Shown: piece by piece, positions 1 through 13,083 of the stretch
Numbering within the stretch: the first letter of the stretch is position 1
How the letters are laid out: the number at the start of each line of letters is the position of its first letter
Source of the DNA: Rebecca billardiae RCC1528
Lineage: Eukaryota > Protista > Haptophyta
Direction: 5' to 3'
NCBI GenBank assembly: GCA_965240325.2
Contig: OZ251249.1
Coordinates: forward strand, 992,001-1,056,000
Length of the DNA stretch: 64,000 nucleotides
Translations under genes and position numbers: made by a program
Notes under the pieces: generated by a model
Seen by the model: the letters and a program-made list of their open reading frames with translations, nothing else
What the model was told of the DNA's origin: nothing
The model's database searches: none

Positions 1-736
1 GCACGGCGGAGGGCGCTCTGCGAGGACTGCGCGCCGCGCTGGCCGAGCGCGCCGTCGAGCGCGCACACCTGCGCCACACGGTCACGCGCTACATCGCCAT
101 GGGTGCGCGCGAGCGCGTGTGCGCGTGCACGCGCGGCCGCGCGGCAGCGCACGCGCGGGCGCGCGCGCGGGCGGGCGCAGGCGGCACGCACGCCACGGCG
201 CGACGGCGCGCGCGCGCGCGCGCTCCGCAGCGCGCGCGCCGCTGAGCCGCCGCCGCCCGCCACCCTTCCGCCGCACACACGCGCGCCGCGCTCCTCCGCG
301 CGCGCGCGTGCTGCGCTATGCTGCGGTGTGCGCGTGCCGTGCCGTGCCGTGCCGCGCCGTGCCGTGCCGTGCCGTGCTGTGCCGTGCCGTGCCGCGCGGT
401 GCCGTGTGCGTGCGGTGTGCCGCAGGTGACGAGCACAACGGGCCGCTGCTCAACGTGCTCGGCACGATGCTCCGCCTCAGTCCGGCCGAGCTGGAGGCGC
501 TGCGGAGGGCACGGCGGCAGCGGCTGCAGGGCGGCGGCGCGTCGGGCGTGCTCAGCCAGCTCGGGCTGGGCGCGCTGCTCGGGGGCGGCGGCGCGGCGGC
601 GGAGGGCGGCGGCGCGGCGGCCGCCACCGTGGCCGCGGCGGCGGCGGTGGACGCGGGCGCGGACGCGGCGCGGGCGCCGCCGGCGAGCCCGCTGAGCTCG
701 CGCTTCCCGCTGCCACCGCAGCCCACGCCCGGCTGA
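1..736 (+). CDS. 3' end of a GRIP-domain (golgin-like) coiled-coil protein; 5'-partial, intron 103-425
   Basis: Splicing GT(103)..AG(425) joins AVERAHLRHTVTRYIAMG to DEHNGPLLNVLGTMLRLSPAELEAL, which matches the GRIP pattern (YLKNVVLxYL...LLPVIxTxLQxSPEE). Stop TGA 734-736. The intron contains (GCCGT)n repeats. Confidence 0.7.
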   Translation, partial: HGGGRSARTARRAGRARRRARTPAPHGHALHRHGCARARVRVHARPRGSARAGARAGGRRRHARHGATARARARSAARAPLSRRRPPPFRRTHARRAPPRARVLRYAAVCACRAVPCRAVPCRAVLCRAVPRGAVCVRCAAGDEHNGPLLNVLGTMLRLSPAELEALRRARRQRLQGGGASGVLSQLGLGALLGGGGAAAEGGGAAAATVAAAAAVDAGADAARAPPASPLSSRFPLPPQPTPG

Positions 737-1024
737 TGAGTCGGACGCGATGGCGGGCCGAGTGGCCGCTGCTGCTGCCGTGCAGATCGGGGCTGGGGAT
801 GCGCTGCGGAGGGCGCGGCGCCTCCACTGGCTGTCGGTGTGCCGCGCGCACTACCCGACAGCTAGCAGCAGATTTTCATCGCGTAGTCGTAAACCTAAAT
901 AACTGCTGTAAATAAATAAGCTGAAAAAGCAGCAGAATAATTCATACGGCGCCGCCATCACCGGCTATCAGCGCAGCATGGCGGCGGCACGCGACGACGT
1001 GTGCTGACACCGCGGCCACCCGCC

Positions 1025-2573
1025 ATGCCCACGGCCGCGCCGCACGACGACGCGCCGGCGGGCGCGCTGCTCGAGCTGCCGCCCGAGCTACTCGAGCGCG
1101 TACTCGCGCGGCTGCCCGCGCCGGCCGACCTCGCCGCCGCCGCCGCCGCCGCGCGCGCGCTGCGCGCGACGGCGGAGCGCGCGCTGCGCGAGCGCGCGCG
1201 CGCGCGCGGCCACGCGGCCGCGCTGCCGGCCGCGCTGCCCGCCGACGTGCGCACGTGGGCGGAGGAGCTGATCGTGCGCGAGCGCGTCCTCGCCCTCGCC
1301 CGCGCGCACGCCACCCCCGCCGCCGCCGGCGGCGTGAGCGGCGCTCCCGCGTTCAGCGCGCCGGCGGGCGCAGACGGCGCCGTGCGCACGTGCGGCGAGG
1401 GGCGCGCGGCGCGCGTGCTCGCCGCGGCGGAGGCGGCGGCGGAGGCGGCAGCGGTGGCACGGGCGGTGCCCGGCGTCGGGCATCGGCTGGCGGTGCTGCC
1501 GATCGCGCCGTCCGACGCGCCGCCGCCGCGGCCGGGCGCCGCGCCCGGCCGCGGCGTGCGCGTGCGCGCGCTCGCGGCCGGCTGGGCGCACCTGCTCGCG
1601 CTGAGCGAGGGCGGCGCCGTGTACGGCTGCGGCGGGAACTCGCACGGGCAGCTGGGGCTGGGCGACCGCGAGGCGCGCGCGCACGCGCTCGCGCGCGTGC
1701 GCGGCGCGCTGGCCGCCGAGCTCGTCGTCGGCATCGCCGCGGGCGGCCGGCACAGCGCCGCGGTGGGCGCAGGCGGGTGCGCGTACAGCTGGGGCGACAA
1801 CGGCTTTGGGCAGCTCGGCCACGGCGACACGGAGGAGCGGTGCGCGCCGGCGCGCATCGCCGCGCTGCACGGCGTGGCGCGCGTGGGCGGCGCGTGCGCG
1901 GGGGCCGCGCACACGCTGTTCGTGTGCGCGCGCGGCGCCGTGCTCTCGTGCGGCTGCGGCTGGGACGGGCGGCTCGGCCACGGCGACGAGCAGGAGCAGC
2001 GCACGCCGCGGCGGGTGGAGGCGCTGGCTGGCGGCGGTGCGCGCGGCGCACGTGAGCGCGGGCGGCGGGCTCAGCCTCGTGGTGGACACGGCGGGCGGCG
2101 TGCACGCCTTCGGCCGCGGCGGCAGCTGCGCCGCTCCGCCCGCGCCGCTCGCGCCCGCGCCGCTCGCGCCCGCGCGCGTCCGCGCGCTCGGCGCCGTGCG
2201 CGCCGTGCGCGCGGCCGCGGGCGAGGAGGGCGGCGTCGTCGTGGGCGCGGACGGGCGCGCGCACGCGTTCGGCGCCAACCGGTGCGCGCAGCTCGGGCGG
2301 CCGCCCTCCGAGCTGCCGCTGCCGCCGGCGCGCGTGCACGCGCTGTCCCACCAGCGCGTGGCGCACTGCGCGCTGGGCGACACGCACACACTCTTCCTGA
2401 CGGCGGGCGGGCGCGCGTACTCGTGCGGCCGGGCGTCCGCGGCGCTCGGGCACGGCGACGCGCCGGCCGCGGGCGGCGGCGGCGACGACGACGCGCCGTC
2501 GGAGCCCGCCGCCGCGCCGCCGCGCCGCATCGCGCTGCGGCTGCGACGCCCGTCGCCGCCGCTCCGGCCGTAG
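1025..2573 (+). CDS. F-box-like + RCC1/UVR8-type repeat protein, frameshifted at 2027-2030 (pseudogene, disrupted allele or assembly error)
   Basis: N-terminal LLELPPELLERVLARL is F-box-like. RCC1 repeats follow (AAGWAHLLALSEGGAVYGCGGNSHGQLGLG; AAGGRHSAAV...YSWGDNGFGQLGHGD; AGAAHTLFV...CGWDGRLGHGD). The repeats continue in another frame (VSAGGGLSLVVDTAGGVHAFG; CALGDTHTLFLTAGGRAYSCG) after a duplicated GCTG. Confidence 0.8.
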
Positions 2574-3149
2574 CCGGGCGGCGTGCGGTCACAGTCGGTG
2601 CGTGCGCCGGCTCACCGCTCAGGCCGAGAGCCCGAGAGGAGGCGGCGCGGGCTGGTCAGCTGCACGGGCCGCCGCCGACCCCCTCGGCTGTTGGGCGAGG
2701 CGGGCGCACGTGCGCTGTGTGCGCGCGCTGCCGTTGGCACGCGCATATATATATACATCATATATATAGAATAAATATATATATTAATAACGACGACGTG
2801 GTGATGCAGCATCACTACTCGGGCAAGCGTCAGAGTAAGCCGAAGCTGCTATCAGCAGCACTGATCGAGCAGCAGCCAGACAATAAACTCGCCGCGCCCA
2901 TGACTGATATGACACTACTGCCAGCTAAGGATCAGCGCTCCTCGCCGTCGTGCCCGTCGCCCCCCCCCCCCCCCCCCTCCGCCCTCGTAGTCGCCCATCA
3001 CTCCATCGGCGAGCGGAAGATCAGCTCGACGCACCGTCGTCGACGCGCGCGCGCCACCGCGGTAGTCGCGGTGCCACGCGTCGTCAGCCGTCGTCTCGCA
3101 GTAGTCGTCGTACGCAGCGCCCCCGCGTCAGGGCGCGTGCCCCCGGGCG

Positions 3150-3510
3150 CACGTGCGCCATGCGCGCGCGGGCGATGAGCATCTTGGCCTGGCCACGCAG
3201 GCAGCGCATGCCCAGCTCGCGCCGCATGGTGCCGAGCAGCGCGCGGCTCGGCGGCGGGGCGCGAGGGCGCGCTGATTGGCGCGCGCGCCACGTGGCACGT
3301 GTCCCGCGCCCCATCTTATTGGCGATCTTCTTGAGGGTGAGGTCCACCTCCGCGCTCCACTCGCCGAACGCGCCCACGAGTGAACGAATTGGCGCCGGAC
3401 GATGTCGCGGGGATGAAGCCGCTGGTGTCGACGGCCGCGCCTCGTACGGGCCCACCTGGCCCTGCTCGATCAAGCGTGCCGCCGTAGACCTCGTCGCGGT
3501 CGAGGAGCTG
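3150..3510 (-). mobile_element. Decayed C-terminal fragment of a non-LTR retrotransposon ORF (restriction-like endonuclease clade)
   Basis: Minus frame LVGAFGEWSAEVDLTLKKIA...MRRELGMRCLRGQAKMLIAR resembles the RLE-element C-terminal pattern (VxxFGxW...L..LA...RLS..LQRGNA). It lies between TA microsatellites at ~2746-2787 and ~3515-3560. Confidence 0.5.
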
Positions 3511-3737
3511 CGTGTATATATATATATATATATACATATATACATCATATACACTATACATCGTCATCTGACATCGCGTCGCGCCGAACTACTTGCCGCC
3601 AGCAGATATGAGTAGCAGGCGTCGGCACGACCATGTAGAACAGCGCAGCCGCCACGACGCTGCATAGTGCATGTGTGCGCGGCCCGGGCGGCGCGGGGCC
3701 AGCTTGGACGTCAGCCATCATCACGCCGCTAGCAGCG

Positions 3738-6700
3738 CTAGCCCTGGCGGTCGGCGGGCGTGCCCAGCCTGACGCGGCCGAAGACGCCGAAGACGCCGGC
3801 GAAGCACGACCACGCGCCCTCCGCGCCCATTGCAAGCAGCTCTAGCACGTCCAGCGCCGTCTCCCGCACCTCGGCCGCCCAGCCCACCGGGCCGTCCGCG
3901 CGCGCCGGCAGCTCGAGCGGCCGCTCTGCGGGCGCGCGCAGCCCGCCCAGCGCCTCGCCGATCGTCCAGTGGAGGTCGGCGGGCGTGCCGATGCCGTCGG
4001 GCGCGAGCACAGAGCCGGCCTCCTCCACGCCTGCGCCGCGCACGCGCGCGCGTGCGCGAGGAGGGCGCAGCGGAGGTGGCGGTGGGGTGCGGCGGAGGGC
4101 GGCAGGGCGGCGCGCGCGGCGGCGGCGGGCGGGTGCACGCGGAGCGCGCGCTGTGCGCGGCACCGCGCGCGCGGCGCAGCCCAGGCAGCCCGCGCGCGCG
4201 CGCCGTGCCGCGCTGCGCTGCAGGGCGGCGCGCTGCAGGGCGGCGCGCACCGTTCTCGGTGGAGCCGGCGGCGCGCGTGCTCACGTCAGCCAGCCCGCCG
4301 CCCGCAGCCATCGCGCCCAGGCCGGCGGCGATCGAGACGTGCGCAGCCGTCGCGTTGAGCGAGCCGAACCACGCGACTGCGCGCGCGCGGGGTCGGCGCG
4401 GCGCGGGGCCGGCGGGCGCCGCGGTGAGCGCCGCGGGCGCGCGCGGGTGCGCGCGCCGCGCCGCCGGCCGCCGGCGCGCGGCGCGGCGCGCCCGGCCGGG
4501 CGCGCGGCGCGAGGCGGCCGGCCGCGCTCGGCGGCCGTTGTGTGCGCGCGCGCACATGAGGCGCCGAGGGGCAGCACGCCGCTGATAGCGAGCTTCTGCG
4601 CCGCGGCGAGCCTGCCCGCCCCGGGCACCCCCGCGTCCGCGTACGCCAGCGCCTCGGACGACTCGCCCCGCCCGAGCGGCACCACGTCGACCAGCGAGCC
4701 GCGCGCGCCGCCCGGCGCCATCGGCGGCTGCGGCAGCCGTCGGCGCGAGAACTGCAGGCGCTGCGCCTCGTCCGCTCGCGCGCGCGCCGCCTTGGACGTC
4801 TCGTAGCACACCTGCGCGCGCGCGCGCCGGCGGCGGCGTGTGGCGTGAGCGTGCGCGCGCACGTGCGCGTGCGCGTGTGCGTGCGCGTGTGCGTGCGCGC
4901 GTGCGTGCGCGCGTGCGCGTGCGCGTGTGTGTGCGCGCACCATCTTGGTGTGCGCGCCCGGCAGCGAGTGCGAGAGGCAAACCTCGATCGCCTCGTCGCG
5001 CAGGTGCGGCGACGCGAACAGCCACGCGCGCTGCGTGAGCACCTGCGCCGCCTGCGTCGACATGAGCGCCGCCACGGGCACCTGGGGCCAGCGGCGTGCA
5101 TCGGCGGCGCGCGCGGGGCGACTCAGCGCAGCGCGCGGCGCGGCACGGCGGCGGCGGCGGCGCGGCGGCGCGCGCGTGCGCGGCGGCGCGCAGTGCCCGT
5201 GCGCGCGTGTGCACACGCGCATGCACACGCGTGCCACCCGCACGCGCGCGACACACGCAAGCTCCACGCACGTGCTCCCCACACACGCACACACACGCAC
5301 GCACGCACGCACACGCACACGCACGCAGCAAACACACACACCACGCACGCACGCACACGCACACGCACACGCACACGCACGCAGCACACGCACACGCGTG
5401 TGTGTGCTCCACGCGCAGGGAGGAGGCGGGAAGGGCGCGGGCAGGGCGGGCGCAGGGCGGGGCGGGCGCGCGCGCACCGTGGACGCGGTGTGCGTCTTGA
5501 CCGTGTGGTGCCACCGGCTGCCGTCCGCCAGCGTGCCCTCCACCTCGATCGCCGCGGGGAAGCTGCCGGTGAACCGCCCGCTCACGAGCAGCGGCTGCGT
5601 GGCCACCAGGTCAGGCACCGGGTGGCTGTAGACGTCAGCGGTGTCGAGGCCGCGCACGCGCACGCGGATGTTTGCAAGGACGGGCGAGGAGGCGGCCTGC
5701 AGCAGCGCGCCCAGCCGGTCCGAGACCACGTCCGCCGTGAGCTGCGCGCGCGGCGAGGTGGAAGGGGGGGCGCGCGCGGGCGGCGGGGGCGCGGGGCGCG
5801 CCTCAGCGCGTGCGCGCGCGCCGGCCGCGGGCGGGAGGCGCCGCGGCCGCTCGGCCAGCCGTTCACTCCGCTGCGGGGCGCGCGCGACGGCATGCCGCGC
5901 GCGCGCCCACGCGCGCCACGCATCGCCCGCGCACGCCACACGCCCACACGCACCCACGCGCGCACGCGCGTGCGCGCTGCGCGCGCTGGTGTGTGTGCGC
6001 GCGCTCTCGCGCGCACCGCCCTCTGGCTGTGCCCGCGCGTCACGTGCGCCAGTGTCTCGAGGAAGGCGCTGTTGGCGTGCGGTCCGATGGCCAGCGAGTA
6101 GATGCGCGCGGACGCGGGGGAGACCGCGTCCTGCTCGCGCGCAGCGGGCGCGAGGGGACGGGGCGGCGCGGCGCGGGGCGTCGGCGGGCGCGGCGGGGCC
6201 CGTCGCCGCCTCCGCGCCCCAGCCGCCCGCGCGTGCGCACGCGAGCACAGGCGCAGCACAGGCGCAGCAGCGCGCGCGGCCACCGCCAGCGCCGCGCCGC
6301 GCGTGTCAGCGCGGCGCGGCGCGCGCGTGCGCGCACCTCCTCGATGAAGGTGGGCTGCCGCCTGCCCAGCCCGAAGCCGGACGTGGCCGAGCGCTGCAGC
6401 CCCGGCCTCGGCGGCCCCCCGCGCCGCGCGCCGCCGCCCCCGCTCGCGCCCAGCCCAAGCAGCGCGCCGCCGCCCACCGCAAACGCAACGCTGCCGAGCC
6501 GAGGGCGGCGGGCGGCGGGCGAGGCCGTGCCTGTGATGCCAGCGCCGTAGTTGAAGTTGGCGGAGGGGGCGGTGTACGCGCCCGGCCGCAGGCCGCCGCG
6601 CGCGCCGCGCGCGGGCGAGCTGCCAAAGCCGCCGCCGCCGTACCCGCCTGCGTGTGCGCGCGGCGGCGAGGGTGCGAGGGTGCGCGGCGCGCGGCGCGCG

Positions 6701-9700
6701 GCGCGCTCAGCTCGCGCGCGGCGGCCGGAGGCGGCGCGCGCGCGGCGGCGCGGTGCGCGGCGCGGCGGCGCGTGCTGCGCGCACCACCGGCGCCCACGCC
6801 GCCGGCGTACGCGCGGCGCACCGGGCTGCGCGGCCTCCCGCGCGCGCCGCGCGTCTCGTGCCGGCTGATGGCGCGCGCGTACGCCGTCGAGCTGCGCCAG
6901 CGCCGCTGCGCCGCGCTCACGCCGCCGCCGCCGAGCGCGCCGCCGCCCGCGCCGCCGTGGCCGGCGTGGCCGCCGAGCGCGTCGACGCGGCCGATCCCGC
7001 CCATGCGCGCGGCGTTGGCGTGGCGCATCGCGAGCACGTCGAGGTCGATCAGCGTGGCGGGCGAGGCGCTGTCGCCGAGCGCGGTGGACATGCCGCCTGC
7101 GCGCGCGCGCGCGCGCACGCCGCGGTGAGCGCGCGCGCGGCCGCGGGGGCGCGCGGCAGCGCGCGCGCGCGCGCGGTCGCGCGGGGCGCGCGCGTGGTGA
7201 CTCGCACCGAGCGTCTCCCGCGCCCACACGACGCACTCGCGCTCGTCTGGCACGCTGCCGTCCGTGAGCAGCACCAGCGACGAGTAGAGCCGGATGCGCC
7301 CCACCTGCCCGCCGCCCACCGCGGAGGCGATGGTGTTGATGGCGCCCATCGCCGCGCGGTCGACCGCGCGCAGCAGGCCCGTGTTCTCGCGGCTGGGGCG
7401 CGGCGGCGGGGCGGCGGGGCGCATCAGCGCGCCGTGCGCGCGCGCGCGCGTGCCGCTGCGTGCGTGTGCGCGTGCGCGTGCGCGCGCGCGCGCGCATGTG
7501 CCGCCTCACCCGAGCAGCGGGGGCGGCGTGGCCCGGTCCAGCGGTGCCCCGTCCAGCAGCGCGTTGCTGTTCAGCAGCTCCGCGCCCTGCCGTGTGCGCG
7601 CGCGCAGCAGGGGGCGCGTGTGCACGCGCGCGCAAATGCGGGTGTCAGTGCGTGCGCACTGCGTGCCCTGCGTGCGCGCTGCGCGTGCGCGCGCGCGCAC
7701 CTTGCGCAGCGCGGGCAGCATGTCTGTGAGGCCGCGGGGGGGGCGGCGCTCCAGCCACAGCAGCGCAGAGGCCGCGTGCTCGGCGGTGCCGTCCACCAGC
7801 CCTTCTGAGAAGACCTCCACCTCGTGGTCGAAGACGATCAGCGTGAAGCTGCGCGCGCACACGCGCGCCGCGCGCGCGGCGTCAGGCGGCGCGCGCCGCC
7901 TCCGCGCGGCGGGTGCGGGCGGCGGGCGCGGGCGGCGGGGTGCGCGGGCGCGCGCACCGGTCGGCTGCGTCGAGGCTGAAGAGAGCACGGCGCAGCGCGG
8001 CGAGCACACCCGCGCCCGCCGGCCCGCGCATCGACTGGGAGCGGTCGACCACGAACACGAGGGCGCGGCTGCGGCGCGCGAGGGGGCGGGGCGGGCGGCG
8101 GCGGTGGGCGGCGGCGCACGGCCGAGCGCGCGCGCGCGCGCACGGGGCGCACTGGGCCTGCCGGCGCGCCGCGGCACGCCGCGGCGCACGGCGCGCACGC
8201 GCGCGCGCACGCGCTCCCCCTGTTGCGCACAAGCGCGCGCACCGGAACGGCGCCGTCTCGGGGTGGCGCTCGCCCTGGCGCAGCGGGCGCGGCTTGCGCC
8301 CCCCGGTCTGCATCGCGCGCGCCGTCGCGCCCTGGCCCGTCGACCAGCGGTGCCGGGGGACGCTGGGCGCGTCGTGCGCGCTGGCGCTTGGCCCGAGCAG
8401 CGACTCCAGCATCCCGCCGCCGCCGCCGCCGCCGCCGGCGGCGCGGCCGGCGCCCAAGCCGCCCGCCCCGTCCGCGCCGCCCTCCATCGCCCCCGCCGCC
8501 GCGCCCAGCAGGCTGAACCGCCGGCTCGTCGCCTGCGCGCGCGCGTCCGCGTTGATCGCCGCCACCAGCTGCTGCGGCTCCACCGCCAGCCGGCGACGCT
8601 CGCCCAGCGCGTGCCGGTCGGAGCCGCGCGGCGGCGTGAGCAGGAGCGCAAACGAGCCGACGCCCGCACCGCCGTCCGCGCCCACGCCCGCCGACGCGCC
8701 CGCGATCGGCACCGGCGCGACGCCCGCGCCGCCATACGCGCCCGCGTCGCCACCGCCGCCGCCGCCCGCGCCGCCGCCGCCGCCGCCCCCGCCGCCCCCG
8801 CGGTTTGTGTGCGAGTGCTTGGAGTGGCGCGAGTCAGTGTCCTGTCCCTTGTTGAACGACTGGCCGCCCACGCCCCCGCCCACGCCGCCGCCGCCGCCGC
8901 CGCCGCCCTCGCCGCCGCCGCCCACCATCTGCGTCGGCGGCGCGCGCGGCGGCTGCACCAGGCACGCCGCCGCCACCGACGCGGACGCGAACGCGTACCG
9001 CAGCAGCAGCGGCGCGCGCGGCCACGGCCGCGCCTCGTCCACTCGCACGTGCAGCTCGAGCGCGGAGAGCGACTCGATCGGGGGGGCGTCGGGCAGCAGC
9101 GGCGGCGGCGCCGCGCCCACCGCGGAGCCGTCCGCGGCGGCGGCGGCGCCGCCGCCCGGCAGGCGCAGCGCGGCGACGATGGATGCGCGCCCCGCCGCGC
9201 CCACGGCGGCGGCGCCATCCACAATGCTGCCGCGCGCGGCGGCGCGGCGCGCGACGCCGCTCGTCTGTGCGCCGCCGCGCGCGCCGAGCCCCGACGCCGC
9301 GTCGTCCAGCCACGCGCCCACCGCGTCGAAGGGCACCCCGTCCCGCGCGCCGCCGAACCCCGCAAAGTTGGCGTGCAGCGGCAGCAGCTGCGCGCCCCCC
9401 ACCGGCTTGTCCGCCCCCGCCTTGGCCGTGTCCCGCAGCGGGTGCGAGCAGCCCGCCAGCTGCACATACACGTGTCGCCGCGCGTCACGCTCAGACATGG
9501 CGGCGCGCTCCGCGTTCGACGCCTGCCGCCGGGCGGGCGGGGGCGGGGGAGTGGGTGCGTTGGGGGGCGGCGCGGCCATGCGGGCGAGACGGCGCGCGCG
9601 GCGGCCATGCTGACTGGACTGGCGGCCATGCTGACTGGCTGGCGGCCATGCTGACTGGAGTGGCGGCCATGCTGACTGGACTGGCGGCCATGCTGACTGG

Positions 9701-11224
9701 AGTGGCGGCCATGCTGACTGGACTGGCGGCCATGCTGACTGGACTGGCTCGCTGGGTGGCGGCGGAGGGGCGTGCGGCGGCGCGCGGCGCGCCGCCGCGC
9801 GCGCATGCGCCGGGCGTGCGCGCACCACGAGCGCCGCGGCGAGCACCGCCTGCGCCGCGCCCCCGCCCCGTGAGAACGCGCTCACGCTCGCGTCGCCGCC
9901 GCCCTCCTTGCGCGACGCCGCGGCGGCGGCGGCCTCGCGGTTGGCGCGCGCGCGCGCCTCCGCCGCCGCCGCCATGTCGCGCTCCGCCACAGAGGCTGCG
10001 GGGGCGGGGGGCGGGGGGCGGGCGGCGCGGGCACGGGGGGAGGGGCGCGCCGGCGCGCGGCGCGTGAGCGCACGCGCGCGCCCAGCGCAGCCCACCCGCG
10101 CCCTCCGCGGCCCCGCGCGGCGCGCGCGTACGCGGGTTGACGGCGGGGTGCACCGAGATTGCAATCTCGAGCGCGCCCTCGGCCAGCTGCTGCTCGTTCA
10201 GCAGCGCCTCGGGCACGAGCGTGGGCAGCACGAGCGCGTACGCGCCCGACTCGACGTCGAACGACGTGGTCTCGCGGTACGCCAGCGTCAGCGTCGTCTC
10301 GTCGTTCTCCGCCACGCGCCCGATCGGCAGCGAGAACATTCCCGGAACGTTCCCCTGGAAGGCGCGCAGCTCGTCCTCGGAGAAGGAGGCGGTGCGCACG
10401 CCGCCCACGCCCAGCAGGAGGCCGCCCGTCACGCCGAGCGCGACGTTGTCCTGCTCCGCCACGACGGACGCCACCGCCGCCGCGTCCGTCTTCGCGTTCG
10501 GCCGGCGCTGCCCGCCGCGCGGCCTGGCGGCTGCGCCCACGCCGCCAGCGGCAGCGGCAGCGGCAGCGGCAGCGCCGCCGCCGCCGGCGGGGGCCTCGGC
10601 GGCCTTCGCCTTGGCCGCGAGCGCCATCGTGGCCACGCCGCCCACGCCGCCCGCGGCCGCGCCCGCGCCCTCTTTGCCCTCGCCCTTGGCAGGCGCACCG
10701 CCGCCGCCCCCACCGCCGCCGCCGCCGCCGCCCTCCTTGCGCGCGGCGGCGGCCGCCGCCATCGCCACCAGTTGCGCGCCTCGCGCCGCCTCCACCTCGG
10801 GGGCGGCGACGACGGCGGTCTCGACGAGGCGCTGGCCGGACTCGATCGTCACGCCCGTGATCGTCGTGTCCTGACGCGCCGGACGCGCGCGCCCGCGCAT
10901 CCGCGCGCGCGCGAAAGCGTCGGCGCGCCGCCGGCCGGCGGCGCAGCGGCACGGGGCGCGGCCCGCAGGCGCGAGCGCGCGCGCGCGGCGCGCGGCGCGC
11001 ACCTGCGTGACGGGCACGTGGAGCACGGCGCGCGGCAGCGCCTCCGCCGACGGCTGAAACACCAGGCGCACCTTCACCAGCGCGATGTTGCCGAACACGG
11101 CGCACTCGAACCGGCCGGTCTTGAGGCGGAGGCAGTCGCCCGTGTCGCGCGAGCGCACGACGGGGAACGAGACGGCCGCCGCGTCGAGGGGCGGGGGGCC
11201 GCCGCCGAAGACGCGGCCGAACAT
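3738..11224 (-). CDS. Multi-exon VIT + von Willebrand factor A domain protein (inter-alpha-trypsin inhibitor heavy chain-like)
   Basis: ATG at 11224. VIT-like N-terminus (FECAVFGNIALVKVRLVF...DTTITGVTIESGQRLVETAVV...GAYALVLP). vWA MIDAS motif LVFVVDRSQSM, then FTLIVFDHEV, GLTDMLPAL, VLLTDGSV, IYSLAIGPHANSAFLETLA, SPVLANI..PDLVATQPLLVSGRF. Canonical GT-AG introns (e.g. 11002-10871, 10131-9996). Stop at 3738-3740. Some internal exon boundaries are uncertain. Confidence 0.85.
9600..9748. repeat. 21-bp tandem minisatellite (GGCGGCCATGCTGACTGGA(C/G)T), ~7 copies, probably intronic
   Basis: Head-to-tail units are directly visible, one of them 20 bp. It lies between a plausible donor near 9825 and an acceptor at 9525-9523 of the vWA gene. 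Confidence 0.9.
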
Positions 11225-11559
11225 GGGGATGCGGTGTGCGCGCGCGGGGGGTCCGCGCGGGAGCGCGGCTGTCGAGGCTGGCTCACGCTTGGCGCGCGCC
11301 CTCAGCGCCCGGCTGCTGCTGCGCTGCCACTGCCCGGGCGATGGCGCCGCTCGGGACCAGCGCCTCTCACAACAGCGGACGATGATGATGACCAACTTTT
11401 GAGCAGCTGGGCCAATCACGTGCGTGCGACTACGCTGCTGCCGAGTGCTGCGCGCGATTTCTTTCGCGACAAGAATGCTGATCGGCCCCTTTTCGCCGCA
11501 TCAGCGGAGGCATCCGGAACGAACGGCCGGGCCCGGGCCGCCCGGCCGTCACAAAAGGC

Positions 11560-13052
11560 TCAGCCATGGCGCCCGCGGCGCAGCGGGCGGCGCGCCTCCT
11601 CGTCCGCGGCCGGGCGCAGCGCGAGCAGCGGCGCGACGGCGGCGCGCACGCGCGCGTCCACCACCTGCGCGAGCCGCGCCGTCCGCTCGCCTCCCCGCGC
11701 CGCGCCGCCCGCCCACGCGCCGCCGGCCGCGCCGCCGCCGCCGCCGCCCGCCGCCCACGCGCCGCCGCCGCCGCCGCCGGCCTCCTCGTCGTCGTCGTCC
11801 TCGGCGTCGGCGTCCGCCGTGCCGCCGGCGAGCTCGGCGCGCGCGCCCGGCGGCAGCACCGAGCCCAGCGCCTCGCGCGCGTGCGCGTGCACGTACGCGC
11901 GCACCGCGCGCTCGGGCGGCGGCGGCAGGTCGGGCGGCGGCCGCGCGCCGCCGCCACCGCCGCCCGCCGCGGCCACGCCGTCGGCGTCGGCGTCGTCGCG
12001 CAGCCGGAGCGTGCCGCCACCGGCGCCGCCGGGCGTGAGCAGCCCGAGCAGCCCGAACGCCAGCTCGCCCGGCACGCCGAGCAGGTTGAACGGCGGCGGC
12101 GCCACCTCGAGCTCGCACGCGCTGTGCGTGAGCCGCGCGCGCGCGCGCGCGAGCTCGGCGCGCGCCGCGCCCGACGCGCGCGCGCGCGCGGCGCGGGCGG
12201 CGGCGGCGTGGAGGGCGTGCGCGAGCGCGGCGAGCAGTGCGAGCCCCGCCGCCGCGCGCACCGCCGCGGCGAGCGGCCCTGTCGGCGTCGGCAGCTCGCA
12301 CGCGCACGCGGCCGCGCCGCCGCCGCCGCCGCCGCCGCCCGCGGCGGCGCGCGGCGCGGCGGCGGCGCCGCAGCCGTACCCGCCGCCTGCGCCGAGCAGC
12401 ATGGCGGCGGCGAGGTCCCAGAGCGCGCCGAGCCCGCGCGCGGCGTGCCCGCCCCCGCCGCCGCCGCACGCGTCCGCGCGCTGCGCGCGCGCGAGCGCGC
12501 TCAACGCGGCGAGCGCGGCGGCGGCGGGCGCGAGCGCGGCCGCGGCGGCGGCGCACAGCGCGGCCAGGGCGGCGCGCACGCTGCGCGCGGCGGCGGCGGC
12601 GGCGGGGTGGAGCGCGGCGACGCGCGCGGGGTGGAGCCAGAGCAGCGCCGCCGCGAGCGCGATCCACCCGCCCTCGCGGCTGAGCAGCGCCACCGCCAGC
12701 GCGCACAGCGCGGGCAGCCGCAGCGCGCCCGCCGCGGCCGCGCCGTCAGCCCATGCGGCCGCGGCGGCGCCGAGCGCGCGCGCCGCCGAGCGCGCGCGCG
12801 GCGGCCCGCGCGCGGCGTCGGCGAGCGCGCGCGCGAAGGCGCGCGCGTCGGCGAGCGCGTGCCCCGCGAGCGCCGCCCAGCAGTACGCCGCGGCGAGCCC
12901 GCCGCCGCCACCCGCCGCGCCGCCGCCGCGCGGCGGCAGCGCGGTCGCCGCCGCCGCGAGCGCGCAGTCGGCCGCCGCGTGCGCGCACAGACGCGCGGCC
13001 GGCGCCAGCAGCCACAGCGGGCGCGCGCCGTAGGTGCGGACGGGGCCGACGC

Positions 13053-13083
<31 letters not shown>

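Noticed and set aside
9600-9748. 21-bp repeats as a CRISPR array
   Set aside because: The units are head-to-tail with no unique spacers, there are no cas genes, and the context is a eukaryotic intron.
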